DNA of 64,000 bases from Candidatus Poribacteria bacterium (GTDB taxonomy: Bacteria > Poribacteria > WGA-4E > PCPOR2b). Location of the stretch: assembly GCA_965218095.1 (NCBI GenBank), contig OZ244587.1:2208001-2272000 (forward strand), read 5' to 3'. A program made the position numbers and the translations under genes. The notes below the pieces were generated by a model. It was given only the letters and a program-made list of their open reading frames with translations, ran no database searches and had not been told where the DNA came from. The first letter of the stretch is position 1; every line of letters begins with the position of its first letter. Below, one piece after another: positions 1 through 10,575 of the stretch.

Positions 1-2
1 AG

Positions 3-698
3 CAGAAACACATCCCGGTGGATCGCTTTGCCTTGCGCGATCCCCTCCACACGATCAAAGAAATCTCTCGTGATCAGACCTACAAGTGGCAGTTCAGGCT
101 AGCCGATGGCGCCAGAATCTCTGCGATCGATTTGCAGCGAAAATATCTCGCGTTAGCCCAAGAGTACCTGAGCGCACAAAGCGACGATACCGATTGGGTG
201 CTCCTCGAATGGGAGTCCATCCTTGATGAACTCGAAAAGGATCCGATGAATCTCACGGATCGATTGGATTGGGTCGCCAAGAAGTGGCTGCTCGAAGAAT
301 TCATTAAGGAGGAAGGACTCACCTGGGATGATCCGTGGCTTCAGAGCCTCGATCTCGAATATCACAACATCAATCAGGAGGTGGGATTATATTATGGGCT
401 TGAAGCGCAGGGACTGATGCGCCGGCTCGTCACCGATCAGCAAATCGACTATGCCATCCACAATCCGCCCGCTGATACTCGCGCGTACTTTCGCGGTAAA
501 TCACTGGACAAATTCCGTCCTCAGGTTAAATCGGTCCAGTGGGATAATATCACATTTGATGTAAAAGGAAGAAGTCCCGTTTCGGTTAGTATGAATCAAC
601 TCGCAGATGCGAAAATTGCAGAAAAATACAATCGCATCCTCGATCAGTCCCAGACGGTTGAGGCGTTGGTTGAAGGTTTGGGGCTTAGGAATGGATAG
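3..698 (+). CDS. dop: Depupylase/deamidase Dop (PafA2 family), 5'-truncated by window edge
   Basis: Motifs DRLDWVAKK, LDLEYHNI and PPADTRAYFRG..SVQWD are typical of the Dop C-terminus. The frame is open from the window start and the gene lies upstream of ubact/prcBA. Confidence 0.85.
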   Translation, partial: QKHIPVDRFALRDPLHTIKEISRDQTYKWQFRLADGARISAIDLQRKYLALAQEYLSAQSDDTDWVLLEWESILDELEKDPMNLTDRLDWVAKKWLLEEFIKEEGLTWDDPWLQSLDLEYHNINQEVGLYYGLEAQGLMRRLVTDQQIDYAIHNPPADTRAYFRGKSLDKFRPQVKSVQWDNITFDVKGRSPVSVSMNQLADAKIAEKYNRILDQSQTVEALVEGLGLRNG

Positions 699-727
699 AG
701 GTGAGCCTTAGGATGGAGGTGAGCCTT

Positions 728-979
728 ATGAGAACGAGACTAAAATTTTCCTCAAAGGCTAAAGCGGTTACAGATCGATTAGCTCGCTCTAAAGATTCAG
801 AAAAAGCTGGCTCTATCGCTGCAGTTGACCCACAAACCGGAGAGATTTGTTACGGCAAAACCGTCGCAGAAGCTGCAAAGGAAGGAAACTCAAAAACGAC
901 ATATTCCTCGCGCGGCGTCGTGTATGTTAGGAACAATAAGGTTAACAAAGATAATGTCTTCGTTGCTATCACGCAGTAA
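728..979 (+). CDS. Small hypothetical protein, possibly a degenerate DUF5678-like antitoxin-type protein
   Basis: GGAGG RBS before ATG 728. GSIAAVDPQTGEICYGKTVAEAAKEG resembles DUF5678-like small proteins; the C-terminus looks unrelated. Confidence 0.3.
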   Translation: MRTRLKFSSKAKAVTDRLARSKDSEKAGSIAAVDPQTGEICYGKTVAEAAKEGNSKTTYSSRGVVYVRNNKVNKDNVFVAITQ

Positions 980-1037
980 GGTGATAGAAGAATCTCACAC
1001 TTTGAGTGAGCAAATTCCTTTACAGGAGGTCATTACC

Positions 1038-1235
1038 ATGACAGCACAGCATTTGATTTATCTCCGGGATCGCATTCAGAGACCTGTGAAACCGGTTGAG
1101 CCCGGTGGTGGTGGGGACGATGATGGCCCCAAGCGCCCAGATGTTACGAGACCCGATACGAGAAATCTGGTTCGGCGGATGAGGCGCGTTGATAAAGACC
1201 AATCCAGGCGTTATCGCCAACGAACAGGTGAATAG
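1038..1235 (+). CDS. ubact: UBact, ubiquitin-like protein modifier (Pup analogue), 65 aa
   Basis: AGGAGG RBS before ATG 1038. Disordered Gly/Pro-rich N-half, then ...LVRRMRRVDKDQSRRYRQRTGE with the R[ST]G[EQ] C-terminus characteristic of UBact. Lies directly before the proteasome beta gene. Confidence 0.92.
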   Translation: MTAQHLIYLRDRIQRPVKPVEPGGGGDDDGPKRPDVTRPDTRNLVRRMRRVDKDQSRRYRQRTGE

Positions 1236-1238
1236 CCA

Positions 1239-2048
1239 ATGACAAATCACAAGGGGAATTTCCTCGACCTCTTGAAGGTGCGCGATTATCAGATCCAATT
1301 CAATTTACCCGCGACGCCTGCAAATGAGACTTCGTCTCATATCCAGACAACAGAAGGAACAACTGTCGTCGCTGTACGTTATAAGGACGGCGTCATCATT
1401 GGCGGTGACCGGCGGGCGACGGCGGGAAATGTTGTCATGTACGACCGTGCCGAGAAACTGCTGCAGATCGACGAATACTCTGTCCTAGCGATCGCCGGGT
1501 CTCCTGCAATCGCTTATGAAATGGCGCGGGTGCTTGAACATTCGTTCCAATATTTTCGGCGGAGCCAACTTCAGGAATTGAGCCTCGAAGGTAAACTGCG
1601 CACGCTCTCTCGCCTCATCCGAGAAAACCTACCCATGGCATTGCAAGGCATCGGCGGCGTTATCCCAATCTTCGCCGTCTACGATCTACAGGATGGGGAA
1701 GAAGATAGCGGCAAGATCTTCTTTTACGATGCGATGGGTGCCCATTTTGAGAGTGCCGACTTTGCAACGTCCGGATCTGGCTCTGTGTGGATTCGTGGGG
1801 TGTTGTATTATCAGAATTGTTGGGGAGAAACGCAACTTGCCAATATGGATAGGCAGGAAGCAACCATTACCGTCTTGCGGTTGTTCGATGCAGCTTCGGA
1901 GTACGACACGGCGACAAGTGGCTATAACCCGAAATCAAACATTTTTCCAACCGTTAAAACAATTACGAAAGACGGAATTCAGGACCTCTCTGCCGAAGGG
2001 CTCGGGGAGATTTACGCTGAGTTTGTAGAGACAACCTATGCTAGATGA
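1239..2048 (+). CDS. prcB: 20S proteasome beta subunit
   Basis: 40-aa propeptide then G|TTVVAVRYKDGVIIGGDRRATAG (catalytic Thr1); GSGS motif. Confidence 0.93.
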   Translation: MTNHKGNFLDLLKVRDYQIQFNLPATPANETSSHIQTTEGTTVVAVRYKDGVIIGGDRRATAGNVVMYDRAEKLLQIDEYSVLAIAGSPAIAYEMARVLEHSFQYFRRSQLQELSLEGKLRTLSRLIRENLPMALQGIGGVIPIFAVYDLQDGEEDSGKIFFYDAMGAHFESADFATSGSGSVWIRGVLYYQNCWGETQLANMDRQEATITVLRLFDAASEYDTATSGYNPKSNIFPTVKTITKDGIQDLSAEGLGEIYAEFVETTYAR

Positions 2049-2832
2049 ACCTTATCGATGGCTCGAAGCTATCAGTAATCGGCGTGACTACATTGAGGAT
2101 CAACTACGCGGAGGTAGTCCCGTCGTTGGACTGAAATATGATGATGGGCTGTTGCTTGTGACAATTGGACGCGGACAGCGTAAGATTTTTGAAGTGCATA
2201 ATCGAATTGCGCTCTCCGCCATTGGGCATACCGCCGACGTTGAACGGCTGCGTATGGTGGCGACTGACACAGCGTCCGTACAGGGTTTTCAGAGTTCGGT
2301 CGATGATGTGACCCTTCACCGCTTGACAAACTTTGTCCTTGGGCCCATTATCAAACAAGCTTTTGAAGCAATTTTCGGTTCGGCGTACATCATCAAAATG
2401 TTGTTGGCTGAACTTGGTGCGCGCGGTCAAGAAGACCAATTTATCTCCCTAAACTACGATGGCACAATCAAAGCGAATCATCGCGCTGAAGTTATCGGCG
2501 GGACCGATGAAGCCGAGACGGTGATGCAGAACTATTTGGCCGCTGCCGACGCCCCTGCCCTCTCGCTTGCTGCTGCCTTACGGTTGACTTTGGAAACCTG
2601 GGCAGTTGGTTGGGAGTTGAGTTTACAGTCAGCGGATGCCGATTCAAATGAAGTAGAAAATGAGAACTTAGAATTGACGATAAATAGAGAGCGGCTGCAC
2701 GAAGTCCTTCGAGATGAACTGAAGGCGGGAGAGGTTGAAGCGGGAATATTGCAGGTTTCTCGTCAAAGCAACAGCAAGTTCCGCTTTCTCACTTCAGAAG
2801 AGATCCGCGCAGCAACCGCGGACTGGCTCTAA
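2038..2832 (+). CDS. prcA: 20S proteasome alpha subunit
   Basis: RRDYIEDQLRGGSPVVGLKYDDGLLLV..RKIFEVHNRI is actinobacterial-type PrcA; overlaps prcB. Confidence 0.88.
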   Translation: MLDEPYRWLEAISNRRDYIEDQLRGGSPVVGLKYDDGLLLVTIGRGQRKIFEVHNRIALSAIGHTADVERLRMVATDTASVQGFQSSVDDVTLHRLTNFVLGPIIKQAFEAIFGSAYIIKMLLAELGARGQEDQFISLNYDGTIKANHRAEVIGGTDEAETVMQNYLAAADAPALSLAAALRLTLETWAVGWELSLQSADADSNEVENENLELTINRERLHEVLRDELKAGEVEAGILQVSRQSNSKFRFLTSEEIRAATADWL

Positions 2833-2873
2833 TTAATAACCAAGACCTCACACCTGAATACTTGAGGAAAACG

Positions 2874-4334
2874 GTGAGCAGACGTATTTTTGGAATTGAA
2901 ACCGAATTTGGATGTATGACAGAGACGGATGGTTCTTTGGGCTCCTCTGAAGGTACCGCTGCCCTCGTGAGGGATTATATTTTTCACGAACTGAGGCTCG
3001 GGATGTCTGATATGCACTACCGTGATTGGGGTGAACCGCCGGGCAATGGAGGATTCCTGTTCAACGGTGGACGCCTCTATATCGATATGGGACATCTGGA
3101 GTATGCAACCCCCGAGTGCGTGAGGCTCTTCGATCTGATCGCCTATGACAAAGCCATCGATCAACTGATTATCACAATTCTTAACGACGTCGGTTTGAGC
3201 GAGGATATCTCCTTTTTCAAAAACAACATCGATCACTTCACAGGAGCCACTTTTGGCTGCCATGAAAACTATCAACTGCGACGGGACATTCCCTTCTACA
3301 AAGTCGTTATTCCCACGCTGATACCGTTCTTTGTCACCCGGCAGATTTACGCGGGAGCCGGTCGCGTTGGTGGGCATGAAGAGATTCTAGAATTCGGGGA
3401 TTCCCATCATCGGCAGGATGACTTCGTCGGCTTCCAAATCTCTCAGCGCGCTGACCATATCGTCACGGAAATCTACGAGTGGATACAGTTCAGTCGGGCA
3501 ATTATTAACACGCGGGATGAACCACTCGGCGACTATACCAAATACCGACGCCTTCATCTGCTTGTCGGCGATTCAAACATGTCCGAATTTGCAACCGCTT
3601 TGAAGGTTGGGACAACCTCTCTGGTGTTAGATCTCCTTGAGGCGGGGCATCGCCCCCGTGACTTAAGCTTGAGCAATCCGGTTCAAGCCATCAAAGATAT
3701 CTCGCGAGATCAGACCTTTCAGTGGATTGTCGAGCGTGAGTCCGGCGCAACAATCTTGGCAATAGACCTGCAACGCGAATACCTTAACCTCGCGCAGAAA
3801 ATCCTGAAAGGACGGGATGAAGATACGGATTGGGTCCTAACCGAGTGGGAATCGGTGTTAGATGATTTGGAAACAGAACCGGAACGTTTAACCGATCGCG
3901 TTGATTGGGCAGCGAAAAAATGGCTGCTTGAGACTTTCATGGAAGAGGAGGGGCTGGACTGGGATGACCCGTGGCTCGAAAGTCTCGACCTTGAATATCA
4001 CCACCTCAACCAACAAAAGGGCTTGTATTACGAACTGGAAAATCAAGGGCATGTGAGACGGGTCACAACGGATGAACGGATTGAAACAGCCATCCACAAT
4101 GCCCCCGGAAATACAAGGGCAAAAGCCCGGTCATACGTGATGCGTTATCTGTTTCAAAACCGCTTGCCGTGTATCATTGATTGGAATCAGATCTATTTCA
4201 CGCATGAAGAGCCCTTTGACATGAAAGATCCCTTTGAGACATACGATGCCGAAGTGGAAATACTGCTGAAGCGGTTAAGCCAGCAGCCGTGCCCGGTTTC
4301 AAGGCAGAAGCGCATCCGGTTAAGGCGAGAATGA
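2874..4334 (+). CDS. pafA: Pup/UBact-protein ligase PafA
   Basis: RRIFGIETEFG, FLFNGGRLYIDMGHLEYATPEC, GCHENY, INTRDEP, YRRLHLLVGDSNMSE. GTG start at 2874 after GAGGA. Confidence 0.88.
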   Translation: MSRRIFGIETEFGCMTETDGSLGSSEGTAALVRDYIFHELRLGMSDMHYRDWGEPPGNGGFLFNGGRLYIDMGHLEYATPECVRLFDLIAYDKAIDQLIITILNDVGLSEDISFFKNNIDHFTGATFGCHENYQLRRDIPFYKVVIPTLIPFFVTRQIYAGAGRVGGHEEILEFGDSHHRQDDFVGFQISQRADHIVTEIYEWIQFSRAIINTRDEPLGDYTKYRRLHLLVGDSNMSEFATALKVGTTSLVLDLLEAGHRPRDLSLSNPVQAIKDISRDQTFQWIVERESGATILAIDLQREYLNLAQKILKGRDEDTDWVLTEWESVLDDLETEPERLTDRVDWAAKKWLLETFMEEEGLDWDDPWLESLDLEYHHLNQQKGLYYELENQGHVRRVTTDERIETAIHNAPGNTRAKARSYVMRYLFQNRLPCIIDWNQIYFTHEEPFDMKDPFETYDAEVEILLKRLSQQPCPVSRQKRIRLRRE

Positions 4335-4489
4335 CAGTGTTTCGCAGGCTTAACCCGGCGTTTGCAATGTTGGCTAGCGTTAGTGCAATTTCTCGATTCT
4401 TATGGAGTACAGACCGCTTGCGTACTATTTTTCGGGGAAAACTTGGGGTGTGATCAAGAATATTCTTAAAATCAATAGCAGAGGTGTTG

Positions 4490-7400
4490 ATGTCAGGTTA
4501 CTATCAATTTCCAACAATTTGTGGCGATACGATTGTGTTTGTGTGCGAAGACGATTTGTGGACGGTCCCGGTCGGCGGTGGCATTGCGTGGCGGCTCACG
4601 TCGAATCTCGGCACCGTCAGCACGCCACGCTTATCGCCTGATGGATTGTTGCTCGTGTTTATGGGGCATGAGGAGGGACCGCGGGAGGTTTACACGATGC
4701 CCGCGCTCGGTGGCGAGGCGAAGCGATTGACGTATCAAGGGAGTTTTGCCGAAGTCGTCGACTGGAATCGAGATGAAACGGAGGTGCTCTATTCGAGTGA
4801 CGCAGGTTCGGCGTTTGATTCATGGCTGTGGTGCGTCTCCGCGGAAGGCGGTGAACCGCAACGGTTCCCGTATGGACCGGCGAACCACATCGCGTTCGGC
4901 GATTTAGGTGGCGTCGTTATCGGTCGTTTGACGCGAGACCCGGCGCGGTGGAAACGGTATCGCGGTGGCACGGCAGGTCAACTCTGGATTGACCGTGATG
5001 GTAACAGCGAATTTCAGCCACTCGTCCCCGCCGACGGCAATTTCACAACCCCGATGTGGATTGGCGACCGGGGCTATTTCATCTCCGACCACGAGAGCGT
5101 CGGTAATATCTACTCCTGCCTCCCATCCGGCGAGGACTTGCAACGCCACACACACCAAGACGCCTACTACTCCCGTTCGGCACAGACCGATGGCCGGCAC
5201 ATCGTCTACCACGCCGGTGCCGACCTTTACGTTTATGATATCGACAACGACGCGAACCGTCACGTCGAAGTTGAGTTCTGAAGCCCGCGAATCCAGCGAC
5301 AACGTAAGTTCGTGGAGTCATCACGTTATTTGCAAGCGTATGCCCCGCACCCCAATGGCCACGCCCTTGCGCTAACGGTACGCGGCAAATCGTTTACAAT
5401 GGCGAATTGGGAAGAGGCTGTCCTTCAACACGGTGTGTGTGATGGCGTGCGCTATCGTCTAACGCAGTGGCTCAACGACGGGAAGCACCTTGTGACCGTC
5501 TCCGATGCCGACGGCGAGGAGGCAATTGAAATCCACACCCGCGATGGCAGCGCAGACCCTGTCCGCCTCGCCGCACTCGACATCGGTCGCCCGATAGCAC
5601 TTTTAGTCTCACCTAAAAAAGACCAAATCATCGTCCTCAATCACCGCTTTGAACTCCTGTTCATCGATCTGGAGTCACAGAAACTTCGGCAACTTGACAA
5701 GAGTCAACATGACCAGATCCGGAGTGCGGCGTGGTCACCCGATGGACGCTGGATCGCCTACGATTTCCCATCAACAGAGACGACGCGCTCGATTCAGATC
5801 TGCAAGGTTGAGACAGGGGAGACGTGGCTGGTGACACCCCCTGAATTTACTGATGTTGCGCCCGCATGGGACCCCGAAGGGAAGTACCTTTATTTCCTCT
5901 CCTTTCGAGAATTTAATCCCGTTTACGACAGCTTCTATTTCGACCTTGGCTTTCTGCAGGCGATGCGTCTGCTGCTCGTGACGTTGCAAAAAGACCAACT
6001 GAATCCGTTTATTCCCGAACCCCGCCCGTTGAATGACGAGAAAACAGAATTGAAGGAAAATGAGAGCGATAAGGAAGCCGAGAAAACCAAGAAATCGGAG
6101 AAACAGATCGAAATCGATTTTGAAGACATCACGCACCGGGTCGTTGCCTTTCCGTATCCACAGGGAAGTTATAAGCAAATTGCTGGCATCGAAGGCAAAG
6201 CGATTTTCACATCGTTTCCAATGGAACACAGCCTCCGCTCGTCGGGCGATAATGACAATAGGGGACCGAAGGGCACGCTCCACGTCTGCGATTTCAAGGA
6301 GCAGAAGAAGGACACGCTGGTTTCGGGAATTGATGAGTTTGAGTTGTCGCGGGATAATAAAACCCTCGTCTATCGCGCTGGAGACCGCCTCCGCGCCATC
6401 AAAGCGGGCGCGAAGCCGGATGACCAGAATAAATCGGAGGGCGATGGCGGCCCAAACCGTCGGAGTGGCTGGCTCGACCTGAATCGTGTGAAAACTTCCG
6501 TCGTCCCAACCGCGGAGTGGCGTCAGATGTATCAAGAGGCGTGGCGGCTTCAGCGGGATTACTTCTGGACAGCAGATATGTCCGGCGTGAATTGGGAGCA
6601 GGTTTATCAACGTTATCTGCCGTTGCTTGAACGGATTGCGACCCGGGCGGAGTTTTCTGACCTCATGTGGGAGATGCAGGGCGAACTTGGGACATCGCAC
6701 GCCTACGAATCTGGGGGAGATTATCGGGCATCGCCAAACTACGCGCAAGGTTTTCTGGGCGCAGATTTCGCCTACGATGCGAAAAGCGATGGCTACCGTA
6801 TCACACATATCGTTCACGGCGACGCTTGGGAGGAGATGAGCAATTCGCCCCTCAACGAGCCGGGGCTAAACATCCACGAGGGGGGACATTCTCCTTGCAA
6901 TTGGTGGGCATCGCGTTGGTCGAGCAACCTCTCCCGGCCAACTGCTGGTCAACCTCTCAGGGCAGGAGGTCCAAGCCACTTTCCAGCGAGCCGAAGATGG
7001 TGAGAAACGCACGGTCACCTTCAAAGTGCTCCGGAGCGAACGGGAGTTGCGCTATCGGGAATGGGTTAGCCAAAATCGTCAGTATGTCTATGAAAAGACG
7101 AGCGGAAAAGTCGGCTACGTCCACATCCCCGACATGATGGGGCGCGGGTACGCCGAGTTTCATCGCGGCTTCCTCGCCGAAGTCAGCTCTCCCGGCTTGC
7201 TCATTGACGTGCGCTACAACAGCGGTGAGCATGTCTCACAACTGATTTTGGAGAAACTCTCTCGCCGGCGCATCGGATATAACGTCCGACGCTGGGGGAC
7301 ACCGTCACCGTATCCCGATGCTTCGGTGCTGGGCCCGATGGTCGCCGTTACGAACGAGAACGCTGGCTCCGATGGCGATATTTTCTCGCACTGTTTCAAA

Positions 7401-7745
7401 CTGATGAAGTTAGGGAAACTCATCGGGAAGCGAACGTGGGGCGGGGTTATCGGTATCTCACCGCATCAGGCATTTGTGGATGGCGGCTTGACGACGCAGC
7501 CCGAACACCCGTACTGGTTCGTTGACGCCGGCTGGTGGGTTGAGAACTACGGCACCGACCCGGACATTGAGGTTGATTACCGCCCACAAGATTACGCCGC
7601 ACCGGGGGACCCACAACTCGACCGGGCGATTGAGGAACTCCTTCAAGAGATGGAGGAAAATCCACCGCAATTGCCCGACTTTGGCGAACGTCCCCGTTTG
7701 ACGTTGCCGACTTTGCCCAAACAAACAGGAAACATGGATGAATGA
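4490..7745 (+). pseudogene. Tricorn protease (S41 family), disrupted
   Basis: Beta-propeller N-terminus with WKRYRGGTAG, a PDZ region, and catalytic NENAGSDGD/GKRTWGG. In-frame TGA at 5279-5281; +1 frameshift in the G6 run at 6880-6885, after which GDILLAIGG.. joins the 7026 frame. Confidence 0.88.
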
Positions 7746-7995
7746 CGCGAAATGATGTCATCAATTTAATCTGTGAAATCGCTGGCGAAACGGACGCGTT
7801 TGACGTTTTAGAAAGGGCATTAGCTGGGATGACAAAGCCTATCTTTGCCGATGGCTTATTGTAGTGTGACATTATTCCTGAATGCTTTGAACACGATTCT
7901 TCTGAAGAAAAATAGTGGGCGAAATATTGCGATATTCTTTTAGCGCATACATGGACGTATCTAGCGATTCCTTCAGAAGTTTTTAGGGAAAGCCC
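7742..7995 (+). pseudogene. N-terminal remnant of a HindIII-family type II restriction endonuclease
   Basis: Reads MTRNDVINLICEIAG...LL*CDIIPECFEHDSSEEK*WAKYCDILLAH, with TAG at 7862 and 7913. IPE.F.HDSSEEK(L)WAKY.D.LL matches HindIII-like enzymes from memory. Confidence 0.55.
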
Positions 7996-8022
7996 CACAA
8001 ACTCTCGACCGATGACTACGTA

Positions 8023-8260
8023 ATGTGCTACGATGTGCAGGTTTCGGGCTTTCCTTCCTCGCACGCTGGACATCTCTCGTTGCTGCGGCTCACTGAGGAC
8101 GACTACAGAGGTGTCGAACGCATTGAGGAGTGGCCCAGTTGGGACCTACTCGTCCTCCAGTGGGCGAAGGAACAGGGCGCGGTGACGGGCTTCAGCCACA
8201 GCGGTTGGGGCTTGAAAGTGCCTGGAGACGAACTCCCCAATTACAATATGCCCCCCTTTG
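8023..8260 (+). pseudogene. Internal fragment of a CehA/McbA-like metallohydrolase
   Basis: YDV.VSGFPSSHAGHL.LLRL...WAKEQGAVTGFSHSGWGL; truncated at both ends, at the 3' end by the IS630 relic. Confidence 0.5.
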
Positions 8261-8484
8261 CTCTTAGGGAAGAGTGCATTTTCTCCTTCTTTGAGATATT
8301 GAGCGTGGATTTTCTTGACCGGGTGATAGCCGGTCATCTGAGCGATAGTCTGTGAAGTGTAGCCGGACTCGGCTCTCAGATAAACCACCTGTATAGGTTT
8401 ATACGCCTTGTTATCTTCTGTTTCTTTTAACAGACGAGCGAATTGTTCGGCGGTTCCATCTGGCAAAGGGGTTTGAGGTCGCAT
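8254..8484 (-). mobile_element. IS630-family transposase N-terminal (HTH) fragment
   Basis: IQVVYLRAESGYTSQTIAQMTGY..VKKIHAQYLKEGENAL.PK.KGG; no DDE domain. Confidence 0.55.
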
Positions 8485-8542
8485 GATTCCCTCACGAAAA
8501 ATAGGATTGAAATTCGAGTGGCAACCCATTGACTAGGGATTA

Positions 8543-9326
8543 GGTTCTGTTGACATTTCATCGTAACCAGATAATCGCAGCAACGAAACTCAGAAACCCC
8601 AAATAGCGACCCGCCAACTTATCAAAACGACTGAAGATACGCCTATAGTGCTTGATTTTGTTGATGAAGCATTCCACCCGATGTCTCTCTCGGTACAGAT
8701 GCGTATCATAGTCTCGTGACTCACGGCGGTTGATACGGGGACGAATCACTGGCTCTGCACCCATACGGGTTATCAACTGCCCCAATGAATCCGCGTCATA
8801 CGCTGAGTCGGCTATCACATACTCACTGCTATACCCTTCCGCACAAGTCATGGCGTGGCGTTGTCCAGCCGTCAGCGCAAAACGTAATGGATTGCCTAAG
8901 CCATCAACCGTGATGTGAATTTTGGTTGAAAATCCACCCGCATTACGTCTGAGTGCCTGTGAGGCTTGACCGCCACTTGTTTTCAAACCCCCTGCAGCAC
9001 AGGGGTGAGCGCGGCAGATGGTACTGTCACCATATCTGGGTCGTTGACAAAGTGTTGATGCAGCCGTTGGAAGATGCCTTTATCGCACCAGCGAGCGAAT
9101 CGTTTATAGACGCTGTTCCAACTGCCGTACTCTTTTGGTAGGAGTCGCCATTGACTACCACTACAAGTTATCCAAAGCACTGCTTGGACAAAACGTTTTA
9201 AGTTCGCTTGCTGTCTGGTGTAGACATCGGAACAGGTTTGCAGGAATGCTGCTATTTTTGACCATTGATTATCGGATAAGGTAAGTGTTGACATATCGTT
9301 ATTATGCCATAAATGTCAACACGTCC
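8543..9326 (-). mobile_element. IS5-family (IS427-like) insertion sequence, degenerate transposase split into 8983-9294 and 8558-8986
   Basis: Terminal IRs GGTTCTGTTGACATTT / AAATGTCAACACGTCC flanked by TA. Motifs LSDNQW, QWRLLP.EYG.W.SVYKRF.RW, DSTICRAHPCAAG, GGFSTKIH, ADSAYDAD, YRERHRVECFINKIKHYRRI. A deletion frameshift lies just before DST. Confidence 0.9.
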
Positions 9327-9458
9327 TAGCCATATTATACACCTATTAGTAGCTGGTAGATCTAGAACTGGTATGAGGTTATCAAAGCGATGTCAAAACA
9401 TCGCTTTTTTTATGCCATTGGACCAAAACTCTCAGTTAGGTAGGTACAGAATCCTCAA

Positions 9459-10355
9459 ATGCAAGAACAAAACCTATTCAAATCCGGCTACGTTAGCATC
9501 ATTGGTGAGCCAAACGTCGGTAAATCGACATTGTTGAATGCAATGATGGGGGAGAAACTCGCAATCGTCACACCGAAGCCGCAGACGACGCGCAACCGGA
9601 TCACAGGGATTGTCACAGCCGATCCGTATCAAATTATCTTCTTAGACACGCCTGGCGTGCTTGCCCCCAAATATCGCTTGCACGACCAGATGGTCAAGGC
9701 CGCATATAACGCGATCAAGGACGCAGACCTTGTTCTTTACATGATCGATGGGAGCCTGCTAACCTCCGGCATTGAGGAAAAAATCCTTGACGAACTTAAA
9801 AAGGCGTCGCAGAAAGTCATGCTCGTCATTAACAAAATCGACCTGATACCCAAACTCACACTCTTGCCAATTATTGACGGATATCAGGAAAAGTTCCCCT
9901 TCGTCGAAATCATTCCAATCTCGGCAACAAAAGGGGATGGGGTGTCCCAACTTCACGAGTTCATCGTCAAACACCTTCCCGAAGGCCCGCCCTATTTTCC
10001 TGAAGACCAACTCAGCGATCTGCCAGAGCGTTTCTTCGTCGCGGAAACGATACGGGAGAAGATTTTCCTCAGAACCAATCAGGAGGTTCCCTACGCCTCC
10101 AGCGTCATGGTTGAAGAGTTCAAAGAACGTCCAAACGGAAAAATCTATATCAGTGCGATGCTTTATGTCGAACGACAATCGCAAAAAGGCATCCTAGTCG
10201 GGAAAGGTGGTAAAACAATCAAAAAGATCGGTCAGCTTGCCCGCGCCGAGATCGAGCGGTTCTTGAATGCGCCTGTATTTTTGGATTTGCGTGTGTCAAT
10301 CAAGGAAGATTGGCGGCGTGATGAGCGAAAACTGAAAGGTATGGGTTATTCGTGA
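9459..10355 (+). CDS. era: GTPase Era
   Basis: GEPNVGKST, PQTTR, DTPG, NKID and a C-terminal KH domain (VERQSQKGILVGKGG). Confidence 0.97.
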   Translation: MQEQNLFKSGYVSIIGEPNVGKSTLLNAMMGEKLAIVTPKPQTTRNRITGIVTADPYQIIFLDTPGVLAPKYRLHDQMVKAAYNAIKDADLVLYMIDGSLLTSGIEEKILDELKKASQKVMLVINKIDLIPKLTLLPIIDGYQEKFPFVEIIPISATKGDGVSQLHEFIVKHLPEGPPYFPEDQLSDLPERFFVAETIREKIFLRTNQEVPYASSVMVEEFKERPNGKIYISAMLYVERQSQKGILVGKGGKTIKKIGQLARAEIERFLNAPVFLDLRVSIKEDWRRDERKLKGMGYS

Positions 10356-10377
10356 AACGCAAAACGTAATGTGCAAC

Positions 10378-10409
10378 AGAAACCGAGTTTCTCCAAGAAC
10401 TCGGTTTCT
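10378..10409. repeat. Palindromic REP-like hairpin / possible terminator after era
   Basis: AGAAACCGAGTT...AACTCGGTTTCT inverted repeat. Confidence 0.6.
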
Positions 10410-10451
10410 CTTCGCTACTTTGCACTTATTTTTTACATGAGCCAATAAAAT

Positions 10452-10575
10452 GAGGGTAGAGTATAATTATCCACAGATTCGCTTGTAGCCCAACTTTCTA
10501 AGTTGGCCCATCGCCCAATGCCAAGTTAGAAACTTGGGCTACATGGTCATCCTTTCTGAATTATGCACCTCCCTC
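10452..10575. mobile_element. 124-bp MITE with 8-bp target-site duplication
   Basis: Imperfect TIRs GAGGGTAGAGTATAATT / AATTATGCACCTCCCTC; AATAAAAT directly repeated at 10444-10451 and 10576-10583. Internal 24-bp near-perfect IR TGTAGCCCAA...TTGGGCTACA; contains TTATCCACA at 10467-10475. Confidence 0.75.

Noticed and set aside
825-1037. N-terminal extension of UBact (136-aa ORF)
   Set aside because: A strong RBS at ATG 1038 gives the typical ~65-aa size.
5279-5281. In-frame TGA in tricorn as selenocysteine
   Set aside because: Not at a Cys or catalytic position, and the gene carries a second, frameshift lesion; a nonsense mutation is more likely.
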